Source of the DNA: a virus
Direction: 5' to 3' (one strand)
Virus record (IMG/VR): IMGVR_UViG_3300010885_014582
Span: 1 to 64,000 of that record
DNA: 64,000 nt
Below the pieces are notes generated by a model, which saw only the letters and a program-made list of their open reading frames with translations, had not been told where the DNA came from and made no database searches. The number at the start of each line of letters is the position of its first letter. Positions within the stretch are counted from its first letter, which is position 1. Shown one piece after another: positions 27,027-36,112 of this stretch. The translations under genes and the position numbers were made by a program.

Positions 27027-27669
27027 TCTCTTCGATCCATTGACCAATGCGGTAGTCAGTTCCTTTTAATGGCGCAACATAACAGCATGACTGAACTATT
27101 GATGCAACACTGGCACTGTACATCTGTTCAAGAGAAGCAGGTTTCAAAGTAGATGTGATGATGGTCGTCAACTTCTCATGGTAACGACTCTCAAGCAACG
27201 AGATGATTGTCCGTTTCGTAAAGTCGGTAGGGCGCTCTGAACCAAGAGAGTCAATTACAACAATGTCAAAAGTCTCTTGTAAATACTTCATGGTGTTTGG
27301 GTCTTCGTAACCTTCAGGGAGTTCATCACCAAACTTGATCTCGTTATAAGCCATCTGGATGTACTTGTCAGCAGTTATGAACATCCCTGACAAGTTGTGC
27401 GTGTACACCGCACGCTTTAACAACGCTTGTGCAAGGTGTGTTTTTCCTGAACCTGTTGCTCCGACAATGTATAGACCTTGACCATCTTCAACATACTGTT
27501 CAACAGACGCCAACCACTTGTTTGACAACTTCACAGTCTCAGCATTAGCAGATGTTGTCTTGTAGTTATCCAAGTTGTCCTGACGAAACCGCTTTGGAAT
27601 CTTGGTGTTGGTTACACGCTCTTCTGGAGAGCGGTTACGCCAATACTTCTGGCTACGAAGTTCACTCAT
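27016..27669 (-). CDS. DnaC/IstB-like AAA+ helicase loader
   Basis: IPKRF, GATGSGKTHLA, VVIDSLGSE, RY...TIITS. Confidence 0.85.
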   Translation of the reverse strand: MSELRSQKYWRNRSPEERVTNTKIPKRFRQDNLDNYKTTSANAETVKLSNKWLASVEQYVEDGQGLYIVGATGSGKTHLAQALLKRAVYTHNLSGMFITADKYIQMAYNEIKFGDELPEGYEDPNTMKYLQETFDIVVIDSLGSERPTDFTKRTIISLLESRYHEKLTTIITSTLKPASLEQMYSASVASIVQSCCYVAPLKGTDYRIGQWIEENAG

Positions 27670-28082
27670 TAGATCCTCTTGTCTGGTTGCAAGTCATCAT
27701 ATGTGTCAGGCTCCTTCAAGTTGTTCGCCGTCACAGCAGAGGCGAGAGAGTCGAGGTTAGCAAGGAAGGCACGCCATGGTGTCACTCCCTCTGGAAGTGG
27801 TCTGTTGGTGAGACCTGAAACAAACAACCGCATCATTGCTCTGATTGTTTCGGGAGTGTGTCCAGCATCCCGAACCTTCTTTAGACCAGAAAGCATTGCA
27901 GGTGCATTTACTGGAGAGTTAAGTTTACCCCATGAATCGGTGGGGAGCATTTCAGAAAAGAAAATGACCAGACCCATCAAGGAATCTTTTCGGGGGATCT
28001 TCCTAGCCCCGACGGTGTCGCTAGACACTTCTGGGTCTGATCCCAATGACCGCCCCCAATCATCTTGCTGTCGTGGTTTCAT
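27669..28082 (-). CDS. hypothetical protein (replication operon)
   Basis: ORF coupled between initiator and loader. Confidence 0.55.
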   Translation of the reverse strand: MKPRQQDDWGRSLGSDPEVSSDTVGARKIPRKDSLMGLVIFFSEMLPTDSWGKLNSPVNAPAMLSGLKKVRDAGHTPETIRAMMRLFVSGLTNRPLPEGVTPWRAFLANLDSLASAVTANNLKEPDTYDDLQPDKRI

Positions 28083-28591
28083 GACATCATCCGAGCATCA
28101 ACTTGAATATCCTCATACCCCTCGGTCGGTCTCTTGTTATGGGAACTCTTATTACTATTCTTGTTATTAGTTCTTATTTGGGTGACACTGGTGACACTAG
28201 GGGTAGTGTCATGGGTGACACCACTAGTGGTGACATGGGTGTCACTACCTAGTGTCATGGGTGACACTACCTCTGACTCCTCAGCCCTCAATGCTTCGGG
28301 GTTATTGAAGTTGATAATAAAGCGATTAGTTAAATTATGTCCGTTGTTACCACGGCGTCGGCGGATCAAGACACCTGTGGATTCGAGCCGAGAAATTGCC
28401 CTCATGACCGTCCTGCGATCACACCCGACCTGTTCAGCGATGTACTTATAGGAGGTTGTGGTGCTCTGGGTCTCTGGCTTCATGTAGACCAGCAACTCCA
28501 GTAGGACGGCTTTGGCAACTGAATCCCCATTGAGATAAGGGAGAACCCATCGAGGAAAGGCGAGGAAAGCGCCTCCGAACTTTGTTGACAT
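28079..28591 (-). CDS. HTH replication initiator (lambda O-like organisation)
   Basis: SYKYIAEQVGCDRRTVMRAISRLESTGVL HTH; internal DNA repeats; upstream of DnaC-like gene. Confidence 0.75.
   Translation of the reverse strand: MSTKFGGAFLAFPRWVLPYLNGDSVAKAVLLELLVYMKPETQSTTTSYKYIAEQVGCDRRTVMRAISRLESTGVLIRRRRGNNGHNLTNRFIINFNNPEALRAEESEVVSPMTLGSDTHVTTSGVTHDTTPSVTSVTQIRTNNKNSNKSSHNKRPTEGYEDIQVDARMMS
28148..28271. repeat. iteron-like repeats plus AT-rich tract (candidate origin)
   Basis: GGTGACA(C/T) x5 and GTGWCA-TGGG-TGWCAC palindromes; AT-rich 28148-28180. Confidence 0.7.
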
Positions 28592-28684
28592 ATCTTGCTC
28601 CGTGTGTTGGTTGGCTGGGCTTAGAGGATACACTATAAATTCGATACTTGGCAGGTTAAATTTCCTAGTGTTGGTTGCTTAGAT

Positions 28685-28712
28685 TAGTGCTGGGGGGAAA
28701 CCTCCAGCATTA
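28685..28712. promoter_or_regulatory. GNRA-capped hairpin in the divergent intergenic region
   Basis: TAGTGCTGGGGG-GAAA-CCTCCAGCATTA. Confidence 0.45.
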
Positions 28713-28737
28713 GTCGTTTATGGGCTACAATATTTGG

Positions 28738-28899
28738 ATGGCTAGTAAAAAAGTATGGGACACTCCAGACCCTTCCAAAAAAGACAAGAAGTTAACCCCA
28801 GACAAGAAGTCTGAAGCAAAGGCTCGTGCTAAAAAATCGGGACGCCCTTATCCAAATCTTGTGGACAACATGGCTGTGTCCAAAAAAGGAAAGAAGTAA
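28738..28899 (+). CDS. small basic protein (53 aa, not in ORF track)
   Basis: MASKKVWDTPDP...AKARAKKSGRPYPNLVDNM; TACAAT-N6-ATG. Confidence 0.7.
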   Translation: MASKKVWDTPDPSKKDKKLTPDKKSEAKARAKKSGRPYPNLVDNMAVSKKGKK

Positions 28900-28901
28900 T
28901 T

Positions 28902-29003
28902 ATGTGTGCAAAATGCGGTTGCGGATGCAAAGCAGGGAAACCAGACAAAGGTTGCAAGTGCCCTTGTGCTACTTGTAAGAACGCTCGTACAAAGAAGAAA
29001 TAA
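28902..29003 (+). CDS. metallothionein-like Cys-rich peptide (33 aa, not in ORF track)
   Basis: MCAKCGCGCKAGKPDKGCKCPCATCKNARTKKK, 8 Cys; TAATG-coupled to next gene. Confidence 0.65.
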   Translation: MCAKCGCGCKAGKPDKGCKCPCATCKNARTKKK

Positions 29004-29227
29004 TGAACATTAAAGATAAGTTGATGGTATACATCACTTTAGGCATTTTAGGGTTTATTGGTCTAGTTGTTATTGGCGAATATGCTTCAATGCTTGCACA
29101 GCAGGCTTCTACTGGTGAAAAGTTTGCAACCAACTCAGATGCTATTGCTTTAGTACAAAATGCACTGGTTGGCCTTATTGGTATTATTGGTGGTTACTTT
29201 GCTGGCAGAAGTAAAGGTGATGATTAA
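29003..29227 (+). CDS. small two-TM membrane protein
   Basis: two hydrophobic segments. Confidence 0.65.
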   Translation: MNIKDKLMVYITLGILGFIGLVVIGEYASMLAQQASTGEKFATNSDAIALVQNALVGLIGIIGGYFAGRSKGDD

Positions 29228-29493
29228 TGGCTTCTAAGAAAGACCCACGCTTAGAGCGTGCAGGTGTCTCAGGTTTTAACAAACCAAAAGCAACACCTGA
29301 CCATCCAACGAAGTCTCATATTGTTGTTGCCAAAGAAGGTGACCATATTAAAACTATTCGATTTGGTCAACAAGGTGTACAGGGATCACCTGATGGCTCT
29401 GCACGCAATGAGGCATTCAAGGCTCGGCATGCAAAGAATATTGCTAAAGGCAAAATGAGCGCCGCTTACTGGGCAAACAAGGAGAAGTGGTGA
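29227..29493 (+). CDS. small basic phage protein
   Basis: KPK.TP.HPTKSH.VVAK...IRFGQQG...FKARH...SAAYWA...W. Confidence 0.7.
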   Translation: MASKKDPRLERAGVSGFNKPKATPDHPTKSHIVVAKEGDHIKTIRFGQQGVQGSPDGSARNEAFKARHAKNIAKGKMSAAYWANKEKW

Positions 29494-29924
29494 GTGCACT
29501 AACTAATGATTTAAAGACACTGTTATCTGATTCGGTAACAATGTACTTTGTTGCCCACGGGTATCATTGGAATGTGGAAGGTCCTGACTTTAGTCAGTAT
29601 CACGAGTTGTTTGCTACTATCTACGAAGATGTTTATTCCAGCATTGACCCTATTGCTGAAGACCTTCGCAAACTAGATGAATATGCACCCTTCACCCTAA
29701 GTAAGTTTATTGAACTCAGGACGGTTGAAAGTGTCGAAGTGGCACCTAACCCCAAAGCAATGGCAAAAGCCCTGCTAAAGGTCAATGAGGGTGTCCTCGT
29801 GACAATCGGCAAGGCTTTTGCGTCGGCTACTAAAGCCAATGAACAGGGTATTGCTAACTTCTTGGCAGAGCGAGATGACATGCACAAGAAGTGGCATTGG
29901 CAGTTAACTGCCTCAACTAAGTAA
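29487..29924 (+). CDS. dps: Dps (mini-ferritin, DNA protection during starvation)
   Basis: HGYHWNVEGPDF..YHELF..IYE...DPIAE...H.K..WQL ferroxidase pattern. Confidence 0.92.
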   Translation: MVSALTNDLKTLLSDSVTMYFVAHGYHWNVEGPDFSQYHELFATIYEDVYSSIDPIAEDLRKLDEYAPFTLSKFIELRTVESVEVAPNPKAMAKALLKVNEGVLVTIGKAFASATKANEQGIANFLAERDDMHKKWHWQLTASTK

Positions 29925-30632
29925 TTTCTTAATATCCTTTAGAGGAACCTGGACGGTCATGTATGAACCGTTCTCCATATAGACAACCATTGCCTGTGGC
30001 TCTTGTGGGACATGTACATCTACCGCAATTACTGGAACATCAGCATTAAAGATTGCATCTACGATCTCTTGCTTTGTCTTACCAACATTCTCAACACCTA
30101 GTGCCTTGGCTTGACGGCGAAGAACACCAATGTTCATGTTCATCAATTCTTCTCTGGTAAACACAAGTTCAGAAGTTTCTGGCTCAACCTCGACCTCGAC
30201 AGGTTCCACCACAGTTGTAGCCTCATCACCAATAACAATTGGTGTAAGTGCCATTGTCAAGTCTTTGATAGTGCACCCACCATCATGTGCCATGATCGCC
30301 ATCTTGTTTGATGACTCTTCATTCTTCTCATCCCATAGGAGGAGGATCACATCAGACTCTTGAATGACAGTAAGAGTTGGGTCATCAGAAACAGTAATGC
30401 TTAGGGCGCAATCAAGTAGAGGCTTAGGTGCGTTATCATCGATACGATGGATGGCAATAAAGGGTGACTCATTGTCAACAATGTAATCATAAACATCTCC
30501 AACGGATCCCTGTGGTGCACGGCGAGCATGTACTACAAATACTGCTTCTGCATCACTTTCAATAATGTCTGCTAGTCCATCTCGTACCAATTTGGTATTA
30601 GCAGATCCACTGCCAATAATTCCATACTTCAT
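29913..30632 (-). CDS. hypothetical protein with Rossmann-like N-terminus and Rho-N/HeH-like C-terminus
   Basis: KYGIIGSG; ELMNMNIGVLRRQAKALGV...KQEIVDAI. Confidence 0.55.
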   Translation of the reverse strand: MKYGIIGSGSANTKLVRDGLADIIESDAEAVFVVHARRAPQGSVGDVYDYIVDNESPFIAIHRIDDNAPKPLLDCALSITVSDDPTLTVIQESDVILLLWDEKNEESSNKMAIMAHDGGCTIKDLTMALTPIVIGDEATTVVEPVEVEVEPETSELVFTREELMNMNIGVLRRQAKALGVENVGKTKQEIVDAIFNADVPVIAVDVHVPQEPQAMVVYMENGSYMTVQVPLKDIKKLLS

Positions 30633-30645
30633 ATTGTGCTCCTAT

Positions 30646-30900
30646 TTATTTGTAAGTTTTGCGAGCCGCTAAGTCCCCATGGAGAGTAATCACCCTCAAG
30701 ATACCGTGGCATGCACTAGCGATTGTAGCAACCACTAATCCAGATACCCACTTGTCTGGGAGGTTTATGATGAAAGATATTCCGTAGCCAAGGACAACAC
30801 CTGTCAGGATCTTTACCCAGGGCATTGCTTCCTTTGGGGTCATTGTGTTAAGAAACTGCATCAACTTGTATACGGCTAGTCCACTTATTAAATAGTTCAC
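30646..30900 (-). CDS. small membrane protein (possible holin)
   Basis: 2-3 hydrophobic segments with basic C-terminus. Confidence 0.45.
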   Translation of the reverse strand: MNYLISGLAVYKLMQFLNTMTPKEAMPWVKILTGVVLGYGISFIINLPDKWVSGLVVATIASACHGILRVITLHGDLAARKTYK

Positions 30901-32687
30901 TCAAGTACTTCCCAATTGATTACATAGTTGACTGTATCGACTAAAGTAACAGGTATTACATAGTTTTTAACTATATCTTCTGTAACTTTTCGAGCACGGT
31001 GGTAATCAAGAGTGTAATAGGAAAAGTCTGTATTTATAGAACTCACTGCGTTTTGTCCCCAGTGGTAGTCATAGAGACCATCACCAGACACGCCTGCTCG
31101 TGGGATAAACCCACCCATTGGCTCGCTTCCAGAGAAGAACACACCACTAGAGTTTTTATACTCAATCATTGGTTTAGTGAAGGTTACAGTCTTTGTTCCA
31201 GTAGCAGGATGAGCAACGCTTAGTACGAATACTCCTACAACATTAGTGGGGGTAACAGCCACACTATTTGGTGTACTAGCAGATATTTTTCTGTTGTTAC
31301 CTGTTGCGTCAAGGTAACTCTCTGGTGTTCCTGATAGACCACCAGTTATCCAGTCATCAAAAAGAACTGGTGATGCTGTAGAACTATTTGCTAGTCCTTC
31401 AAAAGTTAACATTGCTGTTTTTGCCATAAACCTGACATTAAAAACATCAGATGAAAGGGCTGAACCATAATAAGTTAAATCATTATTGTAAAGAAACGAC
31501 CCTCTACTGTAAATGTATATAACGCTATTACCAGTTCCAGCAGCAAGTGTTACTGTCAGTACTCCATCAGTAATGTTAATTATATTGTTAGCAGCAAGAC
31601 CTGAACTTGGTTGTACTGATGCAACACCCCAACCATACTCACGACCACCCTCATTTAACGCAGCAAAGTTTCTACGAACAATACCTGTGGTGTCTGTTGT
31701 GGTAGCACTTTGTGAAAAGAAAGGATCACTAAAAAGGTTTACACGCATGGGGTGAACATTAAATTGAATTGGAGATACACCAGTGTTGGTAGTTACGGAG
31801 CAGCCAGACATTGCAGAGATATACGCTTTGATGCTGTTTGTTGTACCCTTGGTTCGACGCAGGTATCCAATGTTGTTTAGTATTGAGCGAAGTTTTGCAG
31901 TACCTAAGGCATCTCTGTTGAACTCAACACCTGCCTGTTTGGCTAAAGCATCAATAGCAGAACTGTGTACAACTTCTGGGTCGTTTATACGCATGGTGTC
32001 ATAGATAGTTGTTCGCACACGATCTAACTCCCAACCAAATAACTCTACAAAGCGATATAGAGGGCCAGTAGTAAAGGCGTAGTCCTCAGTAGCAAGCATG
32101 TAATTATCATCTAGTTGACGGTAGTACTCAGGTATATGGTTCCACAACTCTTCAGTAGACCCAAAGTTAATAGGAGTTTGTACAGATATGTCTGCTAAAT
32201 TCTCATAATAAGAATCATTAGTATTGTTTTTAAACTTTACAAACAAAGAATAGTATGACCAAGATCCTTCAGCAATGTATGGTCGAGATGTACCAGCAAT
32301 GTCAATGTATTCTTCATAGTAGGTACCTTCTCCCGCAATGATACGGACAACCTCAAAACCATCAGCAGGTGTTATAGGTTCACCATCTCCAGATCCTCTA
32401 ATCAAAAGTTCTACTGGTTCAAATGCTGATGTGGTAACAGTACTGGTTAATGCTGTATCTAAACGCCATTTAAGTTCAACTTCTCCCCTTTTATAAATAT
32501 TGGCAGAGAACGATGAAGTTAAATAAGATTGCGGGACTGGTTCAAAATAACCATCAGAGCGAAGTGCACTGTCAAATAATGCAGTACCACTACCTGCTGG
32601 GGTAGTGGAGTCTTGTACTAAATTTGTACGGCGAAGAGCCGAACCATTATTATCGTCTTTACGGATCTTAAATGAGACTAAAGCCAT
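30897..32687 (-). CDS. baseplate wedge/tail protein (P2 gpI-like domain)
   Basis: LWNHIPEYY...LYRFVELFGWELD...YLRRTKGT; follows the J-like gene. Confidence 0.7.
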   Translation of the reverse strand: MALVSFKIRKDDNNGSALRRTNLVQDSTTPAGSGTALFDSALRSDGYFEPVPQSYLTSSFSANIYKRGEVELKWRLDTALTSTVTTSAFEPVELLIRGSGDGEPITPADGFEVVRIIAGEGTYYEEYIDIAGTSRPYIAEGSWSYYSLFVKFKNNTNDSYYENLADISVQTPINFGSTEELWNHIPEYYRQLDDNYMLATEDYAFTTGPLYRFVELFGWELDRVRTTIYDTMRINDPEVVHSSAIDALAKQAGVEFNRDALGTAKLRSILNNIGYLRRTKGTTNSIKAYISAMSGCSVTTNTGVSPIQFNVHPMRVNLFSDPFFSQSATTTDTTGIVRRNFAALNEGGREYGWGVASVQPSSGLAANNIINITDGVLTVTLAAGTGNSVIYIYSRGSFLYNNDLTYYGSALSSDVFNVRFMAKTAMLTFEGLANSSTASPVLFDDWITGGLSGTPESYLDATGNNRKISASTPNSVAVTPTNVVGVFVLSVAHPATGTKTVTFTKPMIEYKNSSGVFFSGSEPMGGFIPRAGVSGDGLYDYHWGQNAVSSINTDFSYYTLDYHRARKVTEDIVKNYVIPVTLVDTVNYVINWEVLE

Positions 32688-34255
32688 TAGTTGCTACCAG
32701 TCAATCCACCAACCATGTCAAAGTTAACAGCAATACGACTACTAATTTTGTCAGTAAAACATGGGAGTTGTGTTGCACTAACAGTCACATTGTTTACTGT
32801 ACTTACAGTTGCTGGTGTTGAATCGTATGTTGTACTCAAGTTTGTAAGTATCACATAGTCAACTCCAGTGACAGATAGTGCTGCTCGGTACACTTCTCCA
32901 ACAGTGAATATCTGTCCAAAAGACACATTATCAAAGGACAGCAAATCTCTAATTGCTTTGTCAACACCTGCTTGTACATAACTTTGTACATAATTAGTTT
33001 TTACATAAACTTGAATACCAACATAAATAGGTGTGCACTCAATGTACCGATCGACGCTTCCATGGTTAGCAGGGTTTACGACTGAAGCAGTTACACCCAA
33101 CATTGACCTGGTTGAGAAGTACAACTCAATAGATTCTGTAGTATTCGCTGGTATTTCGATGATTACTTTGGTTGTACCAGAAGTAATTGGTTCAGGTGGG
33201 TAACTACTTTGATAGGGAACTGGGTAGATAGTAACGGTTGGAGATGAGTATGTTGCTGTTGCTTTACTTACTGAGGGAATCTGTAAAGTTAAATCTTTAT
33301 AGTCTTGTAATGAAACGGCTCGGTCTTGTGTTCGATATAGCCGAGACACATTGGATTTGATTGAACTAATTGATTCAGCATCAGCACCACCACTGGTTGC
33401 TCCAGACGACACAACACTTATATAAGTGGACTGTGGTGAAGATGATACAAGTTTAATACCATTAGTTTGAAGGTTTCCATCGGATCCAGCAGTACTGCGG
33501 TAAGAGGCTGTAATAGTTGCATTAGTAGTTGGCACTGTTCCGTTAAACCCATTACCAAATATGATTTGTGTGTATCCGTCAGAAGTACTTTTGGCAGTAA
33601 AAACTTTATCTAAATAGTTAGCAGATGACAATTGTGCGACATAAGTGTACTCAACTGCTGAAGGCACACCACTAACAAGTGGTCCTTCGTAGACAAGAAT
33701 GCTAATGCTGTTAATGTCAACATTTGTTTTTAACAAAGAAAACTTTTGGTTAGTAAAACCAGCACTGGTACCAATTAGTTCATTAAAAACTAATGAACCT
33801 TGAATGACAGAACCAGTTGCTTGTGTGGTAGTCACTAAATCTAAGGCAGGTAAATCATTAGCAAGGTAGAAATCATATTCGTTTCCATCAGCATCATAAC
33901 CTTTGAAGGTAGTAAATTGTGGCACTGTGTAGGTTGTGGCACCAGCAGGTACTGAGTTTAATTTAACAGTTACTTGCCCACGAGATGCACGAGGTGATGC
34001 GGGGGCATAGTCCATTAAGTTAGCAATTGCTAAAACTGAATCACGCTGTGTTGCAGTTTCTAAGAAAGTTTCTCCAGCAGCACGGTCAACATAAAAGTGA
34101 AGGACATCACCCATGTACGCCCAAAGATCAACAAACATGTTTCCAAATTCGGAGGCGTCAGTGCCATCCCATTCTGGAATAGTCTTAGCGGCACGATTGA
34201 TTAAATCTTGCCTGATTGATAAAAAATCTCTACTGGTGTAGTCAAATGTAGCCAT
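32687..34255 (-). CDS. baseplate wedge subunit (gpJ/T4 gp6-like)
   Basis: DYTSRDF...AYMGD.L.FY.DR...GGADAES...RAVSLQDY. Confidence 0.88.
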   Translation of the reverse strand: MATFDYTSRDFLSIRQDLINRAAKTIPEWDGTDASEFGNMFVDLWAYMGDVLHFYVDRAAGETFLETATQRDSVLAIANLMDYAPASPRASRGQVTVKLNSVPAGATTYTVPQFTTFKGYDADGNEYDFYLANDLPALDLVTTTQATGSVIQGSLVFNELIGTSAGFTNQKFSLLKTNVDINSISILVYEGPLVSGVPSAVEYTYVAQLSSANYLDKVFTAKSTSDGYTQIIFGNGFNGTVPTTNATITASYRSTAGSDGNLQTNGIKLVSSSPQSTYISVVSSGATSGGADAESISSIKSNVSRLYRTQDRAVSLQDYKDLTLQIPSVSKATATYSSPTVTIYPVPYQSSYPPEPITSGTTKVIIEIPANTTESIELYFSTRSMLGVTASVVNPANHGSVDRYIECTPIYVGIQVYVKTNYVQSYVQAGVDKAIRDLLSFDNVSFGQIFTVGEVYRAALSVTGVDYVILTNLSTTYDSTPATVSTVNNVTVSATQLPCFTDKISSRIAVNFDMVGGLTGSN

Positions 34256-34257
34256 AA

Positions 34258-34662
34258 TTAAAAAGTGCTCTCTTCAGTTAAAATAGTATTAGAGTCGACA
34301 ACCGCTGTGTACACAGAAGTACCCATACCTGGAACAGCGTACACTACAGAAACAGATAATGTGGAATCACCACTACTTCTTGTTGTGTTACCTTCTGAAA
34401 TCCTAATATCTTTAATAGTAGCAATACTTACATTATCGTTAATAGCCGCAAGTGCGTCCACTCGATAATCTGCAAAAACTAAAGGATCTAATGGTTCAAA
34501 CAACAGCCCACTGATACCAGCACCATATCCTGGGCGCATAACTCTTTCGGACCCTCTGGTAGCCAGCACATCTGCAATTCGTTGTTTGGCGATTACTCCA
34601 GTATCGGTAGTGTCAGGTACCTTACCACTCTCAAAACGGAAAGGTATATTAATTGATTTCAT
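34258..34662 (-). CDS. baseplate wedge gp25/GPW-like protein
   Basis: VLAT..SERVMRPGYG.G...LFEP. Confidence 0.85.
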   Translation of the reverse strand: MKSINIPFRFESGKVPDTTDTGVIAKQRIADVLATRGSERVMRPGYGAGISGLLFEPLDPLVFADYRVDALAAINDNVSIATIKDIRISEGNTTRSSGDSTLSVSVVYAVPGMGTSVYTAVVDSNTILTEESTF

Positions 34663-34685
34663 AGGTTACCATTCTACATTGGTAT

Positions 34686-35846
34686 TTAAGAATAGACATA
34701 AATCATCTCATTTCTTGTCATCCAACGATTTCCTTTAAGTACTGGCTCAGTTAAATTAGGCATAGGTGCACTGATCACTGTGCTATCAACTGTCCCTGTG
34801 TCATTTGAGTCTTTAGCCAAAGTAAGGTACGACATTGCTGTACCACGGGATATTTCGTGCCTAACTGCTTGGACAATCCATAACCCATCTAAACCTGAGT
34901 TGTATTTGTCAATTTTTACAACCATGCCAGGTTGGATAATAGGGTCTCCTACAATGTCTACATGAGCAATATAGGGTAAGTTGTGCCTACTGCGTCCTTT
35001 TAGGGATGCTTCTAGCATTTCTACTGAATGGGCATTACCAGAAATTTCATCTTTAAATATAGATTGAACTGTCTGACCATAGCCAGTAGACTCATTATTA
35101 GATTTGGTAATAATTTGGTTACCAACTAATGCATGCATGGTCCCAGAAGTTTTTGCTGACAATGGGGTAATGGCTCCAATTACACCATGAAACTTAATTA
35201 CTTGACCAGGTGCTGACGATAATCTTCCACTGTTACCAGACATTGCATATAAAGGTATTGATCCTGTACGACTAAAGGATGCAAATGGATCCCAGATATC
35301 AATGTGTACCCCACGCATAATTACTTGGTAACCAAGGTAATTAGCAGCATGTACAAGTAATTCCCAATCGGACATTTCAGACTGTACTAATCTTGGAAAG
35401 ACATACCTATCATTTGGAACAGCCAATGTTAATGCATATTCGTTTGCAAGGGCTGTTGCAATTTGTGGCAAAGTCTTGTTTTCCCATGATCGTGATTTGC
35501 GACTCCGCATTGGGTATGACGAACCTAAACAATATATTCTTGTAATTTGGAATGGGCTGTTATCAATAAGACCATTTTTATTTACTGACTCTGGTTCTAG
35601 GTAAGTAATGTACCCAACAAAACCATACATACGGATCTGACCAACACTTACTTTTATTGATATAGGTACATCAATAAAATCAGTTAAACTTTGTGGGGGT
35701 ATTCCACCAACTTCTAAAATTGCAAGGTTGTGCATATTTTCTTGTAGTTCAATGTTGACACGCTTAACAGAAGCATAGTCAAGGTACATACCATTAACTA
35801 TTACTTCAAATTTAATATCAAGGGGAGATGCACCAGAAGTAATCAT
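34686..35846 (-). CDS. baseplate hub (gpD/VgrG-like)
   Basis: QSEMSDWELL...A...GY; GDP.IQPGMVV.I...G.W.V..VRH. Confidence 0.75.
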   Translation of the reverse strand: MITSGASPLDIKFEVIVNGMYLDYASVKRVNIELQENMHNLAILEVGGIPPQSLTDFIDVPISIKVSVGQIRMYGFVGYITYLEPESVNKNGLIDNSPFQITRIYCLGSSYPMRSRKSRSWENKTLPQIATALANEYALTLAVPNDRYVFPRLVQSEMSDWELLVHAANYLGYQVIMRGVHIDIWDPFASFSRTGSIPLYAMSGNSGRLSSAPGQVIKFHGVIGAITPLSAKTSGTMHALVGNQIITKSNNESTGYGQTVQSIFKDEISGNAHSVEMLEASLKGRSRHNLPYIAHVDIVGDPIIQPGMVVKIDKYNSGLDGLWIVQAVRHEISRGTAMSYLTLAKDSNDTGTVDSTVISAPMPNLTEPVLKGNRWMTRNEMIYVYS

Positions 35847-36097
35847 CGTGGAATACGGATATTTGTTCCGACAGGGATGTAATCAGGAAAAGGGACCTGT
35901 GGATTAATGTCTGCAATTTTCCAATAGAATAGAGGTGAACCTAAGTATCGAGCAGACAAATTTGTAAAAGTGTCACCAAATCTAGCATAATGAGATATAT
36001 AACTTGGAAGTACCATTTGTTTACGCACAGATACAATTACAATGTTTCCATTTCGTTCTTCTGCGGTAGTTGAGTATCGAGAAAGTGCTTCTATCAT
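35843..36097 (-). CDS. tail protein X/LysM-like baseplate protein
   Basis: GDT...LSARYLG....WKIADINP.......GT.IRIP. Confidence 0.8.
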   Translation of the reverse strand: MIEALSRYSTTAEERNGNIVIVSVRKQMVLPSYISHYARFGDTFTNLSARYLGSPLFYWKIADINPQVPFPDYIPVGTNIRIPR

Positions 36098-36112
36098 TTT
36101 TGTTATTTCTTA

